The notes: generated from the letters alone by a model not told the origin. Positions 44,979-53,852 are shown, counted from the first letter of the stretch. The stretch is DNA of 64,000 nt from Clostridia bacterium (GCA_017439965.1 JAFSID010000078.1:652-64651); one strand, 5' to 3'. Program-made: numbers and translations.

Positions 44979-46376
44979 ATGGAAAAGAAACTGTTAATTA
45001 CAGATACTATTCTTCGTGATGCTCATCAGTCACAGGCTGCTACCCGTATGAAGACCGAGGATATGCTTCCTGCTTGCGAATTGCTTGACAAGGTTGGATA
45101 TTGGTCTCTTGAATGCTGGGGCGGTGCAACCTTTGATGCTTGTATGAGATTCTTGAACGAAGATCCCTGGGAGAGACTCAGAGCTCTCAAAAAGGCACTT
45201 CCCAATACAAAACTTCAGATGCTTTTCAGAGGTCAGAACATCCTCGGCTACAAGCACTACGCTGATGACGTTGTTGATGCCTTCTGCCGTAAATCCATTG
45301 AAAACGGTATTGATATAGTTCGTGTATTCGATGCACTTAACGATACCAGAAATCTTGAGCAGGCTATAAAGAGCGTTAAGGCTTACGGCGGACACTGTGA
45401 GGCTGCTATCAGCTATACCACAAGCCCCGTTCATAACGAGGAGTACTTTGTAACTCTCGCTTGCAAGCTTGAGGAAATGGGTGCTGACAGCATCTGTATC
45501 AAGGATATGGCAAACCTTCTTCTTCCTATGGATGCTTACAGTCTCGTAAAGAAGCTTAAGGAAAAGGTTTCGGCACCTATCCACCTTCACACCCATAATA
45601 CGACGGGTACCGGTGATATGACCAACCTTATGGCAGTTTGGGCAGGTGTTGACATTGTCGATACCGCACTTTCTCCTCTTGGTAACGGTACTTCTCAGCC
45701 TGTTACCGAAGCGCTCGTTGCAACTCTTCAGGGAACAGACCGCGATACAGGTCTTGACCTTCACACGCTCAGTGATGCCGCGGCGTATTTCAGAGATGTT
45801 GCAGGAAAGCTTAAGGAAAACGGTACACTCGATCCCAAGGTACTCAGCGTTGATACCAACACTCTTCTTTATCAGGTTCCCGGAGGAATGCTTTCCAACC
45901 TCATCTCTCAGCTCAAGCAGGCTAATGCTTCTGACAGATACTATGAGGTTCTTGAAGAGATTCCGCGAGTTCGTAAGGACTTCGGTTATCCTCCGCTTGT
46001 TACTCCTACCAGCCAGATTGTTGGTACACAGGCGGTTTTCAACGTGCTTCAGGGTAAGTACAAGATGATTACCAAGGAGTCCAAGGGACTTCTCAGAGGT
46101 GAGTACGGAGCGCTTCCCGCACCCGTAAACGAAGAGGTTAGAAGACTTGCAATCGGTGACGCAGAGGTAATTACCTGTCGCCCTGCAGACCTTCTTGAGC
46201 CCGAGCTTGCAAAGTATGCTGAAGAGGCTAAGGATATCACAACCTGCGAGGAGGACGTACTCAGCTACGCACTTTTCCCCCAGGTTTATAAGAAATTCCA
46301 CGAAGCCCGTATTGCAAAGCAGAATGAGGCTGCCGACGGAGTTCGCACTCTTATTGTTGAAGATATTAACTTCTGA
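44979..46376 (+). CDS. oadA: Oxaloacetate decarboxylase alpha (carboxyltransferase) subunit, without a fused biotin domain
   Basis: ITDTILRDAHQS HMGL-like TIM-barrel start, HLHTHNTTG metal site; 465 aa. Confidence 0.8.
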   Translation: MEKKLLITDTILRDAHQSQAATRMKTEDMLPACELLDKVGYWSLECWGGATFDACMRFLNEDPWERLRALKKALPNTKLQMLFRGQNILGYKHYADDVVDAFCRKSIENGIDIVRVFDALNDTRNLEQAIKSVKAYGGHCEAAISYTTSPVHNEEYFVTLACKLEEMGADSICIKDMANLLLPMDAYSLVKKLKEKVSAPIHLHTHNTTGTGDMTNLMAVWAGVDIVDTALSPLGNGTSQPVTEALVATLQGTDRDTGLDLHTLSDAAAYFRDVAGKLKENGTLDPKVLSVDTNTLLYQVPGGMLSNLISQLKQANASDRYYEVLEEIPRVRKDFGYPPLVTPTSQIVGTQAVFNVLQGKYKMITKESKGLLRGEYGALPAPVNEEVRRLAIGDAEVITCRPADLLEPELAKYAEEAKDITTCEEDVLSYALFPQVYKKFHEARIAKQNEAADGVRTLIVEDINF

Positions 46377-46382
46377 TTTAAC

Positions 46383-46417
46383 CCCCCCACGGTTATGCCG
46401 TGGGGGTAAGCTTTTTA
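46383..46417 (+). terminator. Intrinsic terminator after oadA
   Basis: CCCCCACGG-TTATG-CCGTGGGGG, then TAAGCTTTTT. Confidence 0.75.
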
Positions 46418-46534
46418 TGAGAGCTATTTTTAATTGTCAAATTTAAATTGCCGTGCATAAAATATTTTTTGAATAACGATTAAATAATGTTAGCTTGATA
46501 GCGCGTATGTTGTCGCGTATAACGATAATCGAAA

Positions 46535-46691
46535 GTCGAAATTCAAGAATTTCGACAGCAAAGCTTTGTTTTGCTAACAGTTTTCTTTGAGAAAACTGTC
46601 GATTTTCGGTCAAATGAAATTAGTCCAAAAAGAAATTTTCTTTTTGGGGAGGCTGATATATTAGCTTCGAAAAGGCTTTTTGCCTTTTCGA
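46535..46691. other. Cluster of perfect AT-rich hairpins
   Basis: Hairpins at 46535-46556, 46577-46599, 46625-46647 and 46667-46691 have 9-10 bp stems. A weaker one lies at 46557-46575. Confidence 0.6.
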
Positions 46692-46809
46692 CATCCTACA
46701 TTCATTATTGCTGTAACTTTGCAAATTAATAAAGAAAAACAGCTTGAAATAATTAAAGCTTGCACGTTTTCATAATTCCTATCATATCATATACAAAGGG
46801 GGATACGTT

Positions 46810-46956
46810 ATGAAAATGAGCGGTAGATATATGGGTATGAGCGTTATTGCCTTCGGGTGCGGATGCCTCATCACCTTCTTTTTGCCCGAAACGGTTTTAA
46901 CGGTACTGTTGGCTCTCGTAATTGTTGCCGCGGGACTATTATTCATCAAATGCTAA
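46810..46956 (+). CDS. Unannotated 48-aa membrane peptide
   Basis: ATG 6 nt after AAAGGGGGA. Translation is MKMSGRYMGMSVIAFGCGCLITFFLPETVLTVLLALVIVAAGLLFIKC. Confidence 0.45.
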   Translation: MKMSGRYMGMSVIAFGCGCLITFFLPETVLTVLLALVIVAAGLLFIKC

Positions 46957-46968
46957 AGGAGAATATTT

Positions 46969-47043
46969 ATGAAGGTATACACACTTTGTCCGCCTAAGCT
47001 TCTGAGAAAGCTTTTGTATAAGCTTACCTGCAAGAAAAAATAA
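46969..47043 (+). CDS. spoVM: SpoVM-like 24-aa amphipathic peptide
   Basis: MKVYTLCPPKLLRKLLYKLTCKKK compared with B. subtilis SpoVM MKFYTIKLPKFLGGIVRAMLGSFRKD (recalled): shared M1 K2 Y4 T5 P9 K10 L12. AAGGAG lies 7 nt upstream. Confidence 0.55.
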   Translation: MKVYTLCPPKLLRKLLYKLTCKKK

Positions 47044-47059
47044 TTGATCTGATAAAATG

Positions 47060-47090
47060 AACGGGGCTGAGTATTGAACTCAGCCCCGTT
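47060..47090. terminator. Bidirectional terminator
   Basis: AACGGGGCTGAGT-ATTGA-ACTCAGCCCCGTT; 13-bp stem. Confidence 0.8.
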
Positions 47091-47132
47091 TGGTGCAAAT
47101 TGAAATTTAATAAAGATTGGATTTCAGCTTAT

Positions 47133-48320
47133 TTATGCCTTGGGAACGTAATCAAATTCTCTGTCCTCACCTGCACCGATTCTGGTAACGTAAAGCTTGT
47201 GGTTTGCAGGGTCGATGGTATAAACGTCGAAGCAGTGCTCCATAATCGTGCCCGTCGTTCTTTCAAACGTAAGGCTTTCCGCCTGATGATTCCAGTCACT
47301 CATAATCGAGGTGCAAAGCGTATCCTCCATAACAGCGACTTTGTCAACGTGAGTATGACCGCTTACCCAAGCCGCAAACTCACCGCCACGTCCCGTGTAA
47401 TCAACGCTTATGCTTGCGTTGTAGCCGTCAATATCGTGAGTGGTGCTTACTTCATACTTGGTGCTGTTGCGGAAAGCTTTGATAAGACCGAGAATAACCT
47501 CGTAGTTGCGAGGTCTATCAGCGCATGAGGGTGCGGTATGCGTACAAAGAACTACCGTCCAATCATCCGAGGGCACGTCAAGAGCAACGTTTGCAAACCA
47601 TTCAAGCTGCTCCTGTCTGTAACCGAGGGTAGTAAACATATTGTATTTTGCCATACCCTCCTCGGTAACGTCGCAGTTAGGCACGTCGTAGGGGTTAAGT
47701 ACGACGAGACGGGTCTTGAACTCCTTGGCGTCTGCGTAGAAATATGAGCCATCCTCACTCATTACTCTGTCGGGATACTTCGTTTCATATCTGAATACGT
47801 ATTCAAAAAGCTCGTCCTTGTTCAGATTCTGTCTGTAATAGAGAGGAGCCTCAAACATAGAGTATGCAGGGTCGTGATTACCGAGAGCCATAAGAGTTCT
47901 TGACTCAAGATTCTTGAATGCCTTGCTGTAATTCTGAAGCTCGTCCTTTATTGTTGAAGGAGGACAAAGACCTGCGCCCGAAACGGTGTCTCCCGCGTTG
48001 AAAACGTAGGGAATAGCACAAGCGTTCATTACCTTTTCAAGAATAGCGGCTGAGTGCTTCTTGTTAGGACCCCAGTGAATATCGGATATAATAGCAAAGG
48101 ACATACCGTGTCTGCCTGCTCTCACCTGATTGTCGTGAATTTTATTAATTTTTTCCTTTATGTGCTCCGCCCAATAATCAGGTATATATTGCATAAGAGA
48201 ATAGTTGACCTTGGTAAAGGCGGACTTGTCAGAGCCACATACGATACAGGTATCGGGTGCCTCGTCGGTCTCCTTTACGTAAAAGCATTTATTACAAAGA
48301 TAGTATGGCATAATATTCAC
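47133..48320 (-). CDS. Zinc-ribbon metallophosphoesterase, paralog 1
   Basis: N-terminal CNKC..CIVCG ribbon and calcineurin-like motifs SDIHW, NAGD, GNHD, CTHT, SGHTH; 395 aa. Confidence 0.75.
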   Translation of the reverse strand: MNIMPYYLCNKCFYVKETDEAPDTCIVCGSDKSAFTKVNYSLMQYIPDYWAEHIKEKINKIHDNQVRAGRHGMSFAIISDIHWGPNKKHSAAILEKVMNACAIPYVFNAGDTVSGAGLCPPSTIKDELQNYSKAFKNLESRTLMALGNHDPAYSMFEAPLYYRQNLNKDELFEYVFRYETKYPDRVMSEDGSYFYADAKEFKTRLVVLNPYDVPNCDVTEEGMAKYNMFTTLGYRQEQLEWFANVALDVPSDDWTVVLCTHTAPSCADRPRNYEVILGLIKAFRNSTKYEVSTTHDIDGYNASISVDYTGRGGEFAAWVSGHTHVDKVAVMEDTLCTSIMSDWNHQAESLTFERTTGTIMEHCFDVYTIDPANHKLYVTRIGAGEDREFDYVPKA

Positions 48321-48338
48321 CTCTAAGTATTTTTTTCA

Positions 48339-48368
48339 ATTCTACCATAATTCATCACCGTTTGTCAA
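48339..48368 (-). promoter_or_regulatory. Promoter of paralog 1
   Basis: Minus strand TTGACA, 18 nt, TAGAAT with extended TG. Confidence 0.5.
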
Positions 48369-48401
48369 TAATCCTTGTGATTATTGAAGGGGAGATACCA
48401 C

Positions 48402-49589
48402 TTATCCCTTGGGCGTATAGTCAAATTCTCGATCGTCTCCGGCACCGATTCGCGTTACGTAAAGCTTGTGCCTTACAGGGTCGATGGTATAAACGTCGAA
48501 GCAATGCTCCATAACGGTGCCTGCCGTTCTTTCAAAGGGAAGCCTTGATAGCTGGTGATTCCAGTCGCTCATAACAGACGTACAGAGAGTGCCGTTTTCA
48601 ACGGTAACAGCGTCGTAATGAGTGTGACCGCTCACCCATATTGCAAATTCACCTCCGCGACCTGTGTAATCGGCGGAAATGCTTGCGTTGTATCCCTCGA
48701 TATCGTGAGTGGTGGAGGCTTCAAATTTTGTGCCCTTGCGGAATGAGTCGATAAGACCGAGAACGACGTCAACGTTACGGGGGCTTTCACCGCTTGATGG
48801 ATTGGTATGCGTGCAAAGCACGACCGTCCAATCGTCAGAGGGCACGTCGAGTGCAGTATTTGCAAACCATTCGAGCTGAGTCTGTCTGTAACCGATAGTG
48901 GTAAACATATTATACTTAGCGCTGCCGTCCTCGTTAACGTCGCAATTGGGAACGTCGTAAGGGTTGAGTACGACGAGACGGGTCTTGTATTCCTTGGAAT
49001 CCGCGTAGAAATATAAGCCGTCCTCGCTCATCGTTCTGTCGGGATACTTCGTCTCGTATCTGAACATATACTCAAAAAGCTCGACCTTGGTAAGATTTTG
49101 CTTGTAGTACATCGGTGCTTCAAAGGTTGAATATGCAGGGTCGTGATTTCCGAGCGCCCAAAGGGTTCTTGATTCAAGCTTTTTGAACGCCTCGCTGTAA
49201 TTCTGCATTTCGTTTATGATAGTGGTAGGACGGCATATGCCCGCTCCCGAAACGGTATCACCTGCGTTGAATACGTAGGGAATAGCGCAGGCATCCATAA
49301 TCCTTTCAAGAAGCGCCGCAGAGTGCTTTCTGTTTCCGTACCAGTGAATGTCGGAGATGATGGCAAAGGAGATTCCGCGTCTGCCTGCTCTTGCTTGATT
49401 TTCGTGGATTTTATTTATCTTCTCCTTGACGTGCTTTGCCCAGTAATCAGGTATGAACTGCTTGAGCGACGGAACCACCTCGGTGAATGCAGATTTGCCT
49501 GAGCCACAGACGATGCAGGTGTCGGGAGTCTCGTCTGACTCCTTGGCGTAAAAGCATTTATTACAAAGATAGTATGGCATAATATTCAC
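48402..49589 (-). CDS. Zinc-ribbon metallophosphoesterase, paralog 2
   Basis: Same length and motifs as paralog 1 and collinear throughout. Confidence 0.75.
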   Translation of the reverse strand: MNIMPYYLCNKCFYAKESDETPDTCIVCGSGKSAFTEVVPSLKQFIPDYWAKHVKEKINKIHENQARAGRRGISFAIISDIHWYGNRKHSAALLERIMDACAIPYVFNAGDTVSGAGICRPTTIINEMQNYSEAFKKLESRTLWALGNHDPAYSTFEAPMYYKQNLTKVELFEYMFRYETKYPDRTMSEDGLYFYADSKEYKTRLVVLNPYDVPNCDVNEDGSAKYNMFTTIGYRQTQLEWFANTALDVPSDDWTVVLCTHTNPSSGESPRNVDVVLGLIDSFRKGTKFEASTTHDIEGYNASISADYTGRGGEFAIWVSGHTHYDAVTVENGTLCTSVMSDWNHQLSRLPFERTAGTVMEHCFDVYTIDPVRHKLYVTRIGAGDDREFDYTPKG

Positions 49590-49607
49590 CTCTAAGTATT
49601 TTTTAAA

Positions 49608-49637
49608 ATTTTACCATAAATCATCACCGTTTGTCAA
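49608..49637 (-). promoter_or_regulatory. Promoter of paralog 2
   Basis: Minus strand TTGACA, 18 nt, TAAAAT, inside the duplicated upstream segment. Confidence 0.5.
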
Positions 49638-49746
49638 TAAATGTGAGCTTATTCTTAAAAAAGATTTGATTTATGAATAAATGACTTTATATTCTTGACA
49701 ATTCAGTAATATAAAGTTAAAATATAAATAGTAAAATATATACGGA

Positions 49747-50307
49747 GTGATCGCTTTGACTTTATCGGATATAGCAAAATATTTTTTTAAGGGTAAAATT
49801 GCACCCGACGGCGTTGCAGTTGACTTTACTATGGGCAACGGCTACGATACGCTTTTTTTATGCTCTCTTGTACCCGAGGGAAAGGTATACGCCTTTGATA
49901 TACAGAAGGATGCTATTGCCTCCACCGAAAAGCGCCTTGCCGAAAATGGCGTTACCAACGCTACCCTTATTCACGATTCACACGCAGAGGTGAAAAAATA
50001 CGTCACCTCGCCAATCAACGCCGCAATGTTCAACCTCGGTTATTTACCGGGAGGTGACAAAAGCGTGCATACTATGACCGACTCAACGCTCAAGGCTGTC
50101 TCCGATGCACTTGATTTACTTGCGATAGGTGGAGTTATGACCGTGTCCGTTTATCCGGGTCACGACGAGGGCACCCGTGAAGGAAACGCCTTGACCGATA
50201 TGCTGTCAAGGGTTGACCGTCACGACTTCTCAATTTTACAGTGCAAAATGCTTAACTCGCCTACGTCTCCGTTTATAATAGCGATAGAACGAAATAAGAA
50301 GGGGTAA
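49747..50307 (+). CDS. mnmM: MnmM/YtqB-family tRNA (mnm5s2U34) methyltransferase
   Basis: DFTMGNGYDT, VYAFDIQ, FNLGYLPGGDKS and PFIIAIE blocks match B. subtilis YtqB as I recall it. GTG start. Confidence 0.75.
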   Translation: MIALTLSDIAKYFFKGKIAPDGVAVDFTMGNGYDTLFLCSLVPEGKVYAFDIQKDAIASTEKRLAENGVTNATLIHDSHAEVKKYVTSPINAAMFNLGYLPGGDKSVHTMTDSTLKAVSDALDLLAIGGVMTVSVYPGHDEGTREGNALTDMLSRVDRHDFSILQCKMLNSPTSPFIIAIERNKKG

Positions 50308-50309
50308 AA

Positions 50310-51188
50310 ATGAAAAGAGCCTTAATAATAATAAATCCTCACGCAGGCAGAATGAAGCTTCTCCGTGATTTGCCCGACGTTGATATGATACTTTATAACG
50401 GCGGTTACGACCCCGACGTGTATTTTACCAAGTGTCGCGGAGATGCCACCGAGAAGGTTATCCGCTCGGCTAAGGACTATGACCTTATTGTCTGCGGAGG
50501 CGGTGACGGTACCTATAACGAGGTTATTTCGGGAGTGCTTAAGTCGGGACTCGATATTCCCGTCGGATATATTCCCGCAGGCACGACTAACGATTTTGCA
50601 AGCACGCTTGAGCTTTCTCCCGTTCATAAAACTGCCGCGCAGAATATAGTTATCGGCACTCCGAGAAAGCTTGATATTGGCAAATTCGGGGAGCGTTACT
50701 TCTCTTATATCGCTTCCTTCGGCGCTTTTACAAGCTCCTCGTATACGGCTAACCAAAAGATGAAAAATACTCTCGGGCATATGGCGTACATCCTTGAGGG
50801 AATCACCAATTTGTCCTCTCTCAAGCCCTATCACGTTCGTGTTGAGACCGACGATGATGTTTATGAGGACGATTTTATTTTCGGCGCCGTATGTAACTCG
50901 CGGTCGATTGCAGGTCTTATCAAGCTTGATGAAAGGCTTGTAAACCTTTCGGACGGTCGCTTCGAGGTCATACTTCTCCGTATGCCCAAGCAGATTATCG
51001 AGCTTCCGCAGATGCTCACCGCCTTACAGAAGGGCACGAATGAGAAAAACGTAGTTCTCGTTCATTCCAATTCCGTGAAAATTACTACCGCGGGTATGCT
51101 CGAATGGTCGCTTGACGGTGAATACGCTTCAAGCACAGGCGAGCTTCAGATAAGCAATTGCCACGAGGCAATTTCTCTTGTACTGTGA
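50310..51188 (+). CDS. Diacylglycerol/lipid kinase family protein (YegS/DagK)
   Basis: NPHAG, GGDGT and PAGTTNDFA motifs. Confidence 0.85.
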   Translation: MKRALIIINPHAGRMKLLRDLPDVDMILYNGGYDPDVYFTKCRGDATEKVIRSAKDYDLIVCGGGDGTYNEVISGVLKSGLDIPVGYIPAGTTNDFASTLELSPVHKTAAQNIVIGTPRKLDIGKFGERYFSYIASFGAFTSSSYTANQKMKNTLGHMAYILEGITNLSSLKPYHVRVETDDDVYEDDFIFGAVCNSRSIAGLIKLDERLVNLSDGRFEVILLRMPKQIIELPQMLTALQKGTNEKNVVLVHSNSVKITTAGMLEWSLDGEYASSTGELQISNCHEAISLVL

Positions 51189-51194
51189 GGTTTT

Positions 51195-52019
51195 ATGATA
51201 AATATCAACGATTCGTTTATACGTCTTCCGAGCCGTGAGGGGATTACCAATAAGGGTGATGCAGGCAAGGTGCTTATTATCGGTGGTGACGTCGGTATGT
51301 GCGGTGCGGTGGCGTTTGTCTGTGAATCCGCTTACCGAATGGGCTGCGGACTTGTCCGTGCAATCGTTCATCCCGAAAACCGTATTCCGCTGCAAACGCT
51401 CATTCCCGAGGCTGTTCTTGGCTTCTGGAATGACGAGGGGCTTCTTGAGACCTCTCTTGAATGGGCTGATGCCGTTGTTGTCGGCGTTGGCTTCGGCGTC
51501 GGAGAGGTACAGAAAAAGCTTTTAAAAAGAGTATTGACCGAGTGCAGAAAGCCCATCGTAATTGATGCCGACGGCTTGAATATTCTGTCAAAAAGCCGTG
51601 CTCTTTTGTCACGGCTTACGGAAAGCTGTGTGCTGACTCCTCACCTTGTTGAGCTTTCACGGCTTACGGGCTTATCGGTTGACGAAATAAAGAAGGACAC
51701 GCTTGGCGTTATTAAAAAATCATTTCCCACCGTATCCGTTGCCGCAAAGAGTGACGTGACGGTGATGAGAATAGCAAACGGAGAGGAATATATATCGGCT
51801 TCGGGCAACTCCTCTCTGTCAACGGGAGGCACGGGAGACGTGCTCTCGGGAATGCTCGGCTCACTTCTTGCTCAAGGTATGCCGATTGACTCGGCTCTGC
51901 CCACTGCCGTTTATCTTCACGGCAAGGCAGGAGTCAAGGCTGGTGAGCGTCTCGGTGAGCGTTGTGTGATTGCCCGTGACGTTATAGCCTCTATTTTTGA
52001 GGTATTAAAGGACTTTTGA
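51195..52019 (+). CDS. nnrD: ADP-dependent NAD(P)H-hydrate dehydratase
   Basis: GDAGKVLIIGG and GGTGDVLSGMLGSLLAQG motifs. Confidence 0.85.
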   Translation: MININDSFIRLPSREGITNKGDAGKVLIIGGDVGMCGAVAFVCESAYRMGCGLVRAIVHPENRIPLQTLIPEAVLGFWNDEGLLETSLEWADAVVVGVGFGVGEVQKKLLKRVLTECRKPIVIDADGLNILSKSRALLSRLTESCVLTPHLVELSRLTGLSVDEIKKDTLGVIKKSFPTVSVAAKSDVTVMRIANGEEYISASGNSSLSTGGTGDVLSGMLGSLLAQGMPIDSALPTAVYLHGKAGVKAGERLGERCVIARDVIASIFEVLKDF

Positions 52020-52027
52020 GGTGGATT

Positions 52028-52954
52028 ATGGATATTAAGGCTTTTGAAAAATTAGGACTTGAAATAAAAAACGGCGATTTGACCTCTGAGCAGATTACGG
52101 CTGTAAAGGGTCTTGGATGCCTGAGAGATAAGCGCTTTGACGACGTGTTCAACGTGCGCGTTATAACCCGTAACGGAAAGATTACGGCTGCTGAGCAGAG
52201 AGCGATTGCCGATGCCTCTGACCTTTACGGCTCGGGCGAGGTTGCAATGACCTCCCGACTTACCGTCGAAATACAAGGCGTGCCCTACGATAATATCCCG
52301 TCGCTCATTCTTTTTCTCAAGGATAAGGGGCTTTCAACGGGAGGCACGGGCGCAAGGGTAAGACCTATCGTTGCCTGCAAGGGTACGACCTGTCAGTTCG
52401 GTCTCATTGATACCTTTGGACTCAGCGAGAAAATACATACGCGCTTTTACGAGGGCTATCACAACGTTACCCTTCCGCATAAATTCAAGATTGCGGTAGG
52501 AGGCTGTCCCAATAGCTGTGTAAAGCCCGATATAAACGATATCGGCGTTGTAGGTCAGCGTATCCCGATTATCAAGGAGGAGCTTTGCCGAGGCTGTAAG
52601 AAATGTGCCGTAGAAAGCGCTTGTCCGATGAAGGCGTCCGCGCTTAATAACGGCAAAATCACGATAGACCCGTCCGTGTGTAACAATTGCGGACGTTGTA
52701 CTTCAAAATGTCCCTTTAAGGCTGTTGTCGGCAGCGGTGAGGGTTATCGTGTGTATATCGGCGGAAGATGGGGCAAGAAGCGTGCAATGGGCAAGCCCTT
52801 GTCCTGCGTTATTACAAGCGAGGAAAAGGTGCTTGAGGTTATTGAGCGTGCAATCATCCTCTTTCGTGACGAGGGTATCAAGGGTGAACGCTTCTCGGAT
52901 ACAATAGAAAGACTTGGCTTTGATTATGTTGAAAAGAAGCTTATTGCTGATTAG
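52028..52954 (+). CDS. Nitrite/sulfite-reductase-family protein with a ferredoxin insert (AsrC/DsrA-like)
   Basis: NIR_SIR ferredoxin-like half domain, siroheme/4Fe-4S cysteines CKGTTC..C, GGCPNSC, plus CRGCKKC..C and CNNCGRC..C. Confidence 0.6.
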   Translation: MDIKAFEKLGLEIKNGDLTSEQITAVKGLGCLRDKRFDDVFNVRVITRNGKITAAEQRAIADASDLYGSGEVAMTSRLTVEIQGVPYDNIPSLILFLKDKGLSTGGTGARVRPIVACKGTTCQFGLIDTFGLSEKIHTRFYEGYHNVTLPHKFKIAVGGCPNSCVKPDINDIGVVGQRIPIIKEELCRGCKKCAVESACPMKASALNNGKITIDPSVCNNCGRCTSKCPFKAVVGSGEGYRVYIGGRWGKKRAMGKPLSCVITSEEKVLEVIERAIILFRDEGIKGERFSDTIERLGFDYVEKKLIAD

Positions 52955-53852
52955 TCTTGTACTGTTGCTTTTTACCGCCTCCTGCTCTGACAGAAATGAC
53001 GGCGGTGAGTCGGTGACCTTTATTGACGCTCTTGGCAGGGAGGTGTCTGTTGCACCCTCCGTTGAGCGTGTTGCCACCCTTCTCGGAAGCTTTGCGGATA
53101 CGTGGATGCTCGCAGGCGGAGAGGCTTGCGCGACGTCTGAGGATGCCTGGGAGGATTTCGGACTTGAGCTTGATGCCGTGAATATCGGCGGTGCTCATTC
53201 TCCAAGCCTTGAATTGCTCCTATCATCCGACCCACAGCTCGTTATTGCAAGCGCCTCAACCGCATCAAATCTTGAATTGCTTGAGCCTCTTGAGGCTTTG
53301 GGCATTACGGTTGCTTATTTTGACGTTGATTCCTTTGACGACTATCTTTCCATGCTTGATATTCTCACCGATATAACGGGACGCAAGGATTTGTATCGGG
53401 TAAACGGAGAGAAGGTCAGGGATGAGATTGACGCCATTAAATCAAGACTTCCCGATAATAAGCCGAGCGTATTACTTTTGCGTGCCTCCTCGGGAAGCAT
53501 TAAGGCAAAATCGAGCGAGGGTACGGTGCTTGGTGAAATGCTCTCCGACCTCGGCTGTGTGAATATAGCGGACAGTGACACGGGGATTCTGGAGAATTTA
53601 AGCGTTGAGAGTATTATGAGACATCAGCCCTATCACATTTTTGCCGTAGCAATGGGTGATGAGAAAAAGGCTCTTGAGGGCCTTGAAAAAATGATAGAGG
53701 AAGACCCTGCGTGGAGCTCTCTTGAGGCTGTTAAAAACGGGCGTGTGCATATGATGGACAGACACCTTTTTAACCTGAAGCCCAATTCACGCTGGGGGGA
53801 ATCGTATGAAAGGCTCGTTGAAATCTTGTTATCAGACACAGTTGAAGATTAA
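52926..53852 (+). CDS. ABC importer substrate-binding lipoprotein, siderophore/cobalamin (cluster A) type
   Basis: Signal peptide MLKRSLLLISLVLLLFTASC lipobox and a periplasmic binding protein 2 pattern. Confidence 0.75.
   Translation: MLKRSLLLISLVLLLFTASCSDRNDGGESVTFIDALGREVSVAPSVERVATLLGSFADTWMLAGGEACATSEDAWEDFGLELDAVNIGGAHSPSLELLLSSDPQLVIASASTASNLELLEPLEALGITVAYFDVDSFDDYLSMLDILTDITGRKDLYRVNGEKVRDEIDAIKSRLPDNKPSVLLLRASSGSIKAKSSEGTVLGEMLSDLGCVNIADSDTGILENLSVESIMRHQPYHIFAVAMGDEKKALEGLEKMIEEDPAWSSLEAVKNGRVHMMDRHLFNLKPNSRWGESYERLVEILLSDTVED

Noticed and set aside
44247-46301. Long minus-strand ORFs of 212 aa and 423 aa opposite oadB and oadA
   Set aside because: They are antisense shadows of well-supported decarboxylase subunits and have no motifs. 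The same applies to 16196-16885 opposite recN, 43224-43667 opposite the biotin carrier, and 47100-47528 and 48054-48326 opposite the phosphoesterase.
48366-48386. Hairpin CAATAATC/GATTATTG between the two phosphoesterase paralogs as a terminator
   Set aside because: No T tract follows on the minus strand, and the hairpin overlaps the -35 of the paralog 1 promoter.
52914-52954. Cobalamin riboswitch upstream of the BtuF-like importer
   Set aside because: There is no noncoding space, because the binding-protein gene overlaps the preceding Fe-S protein gene.
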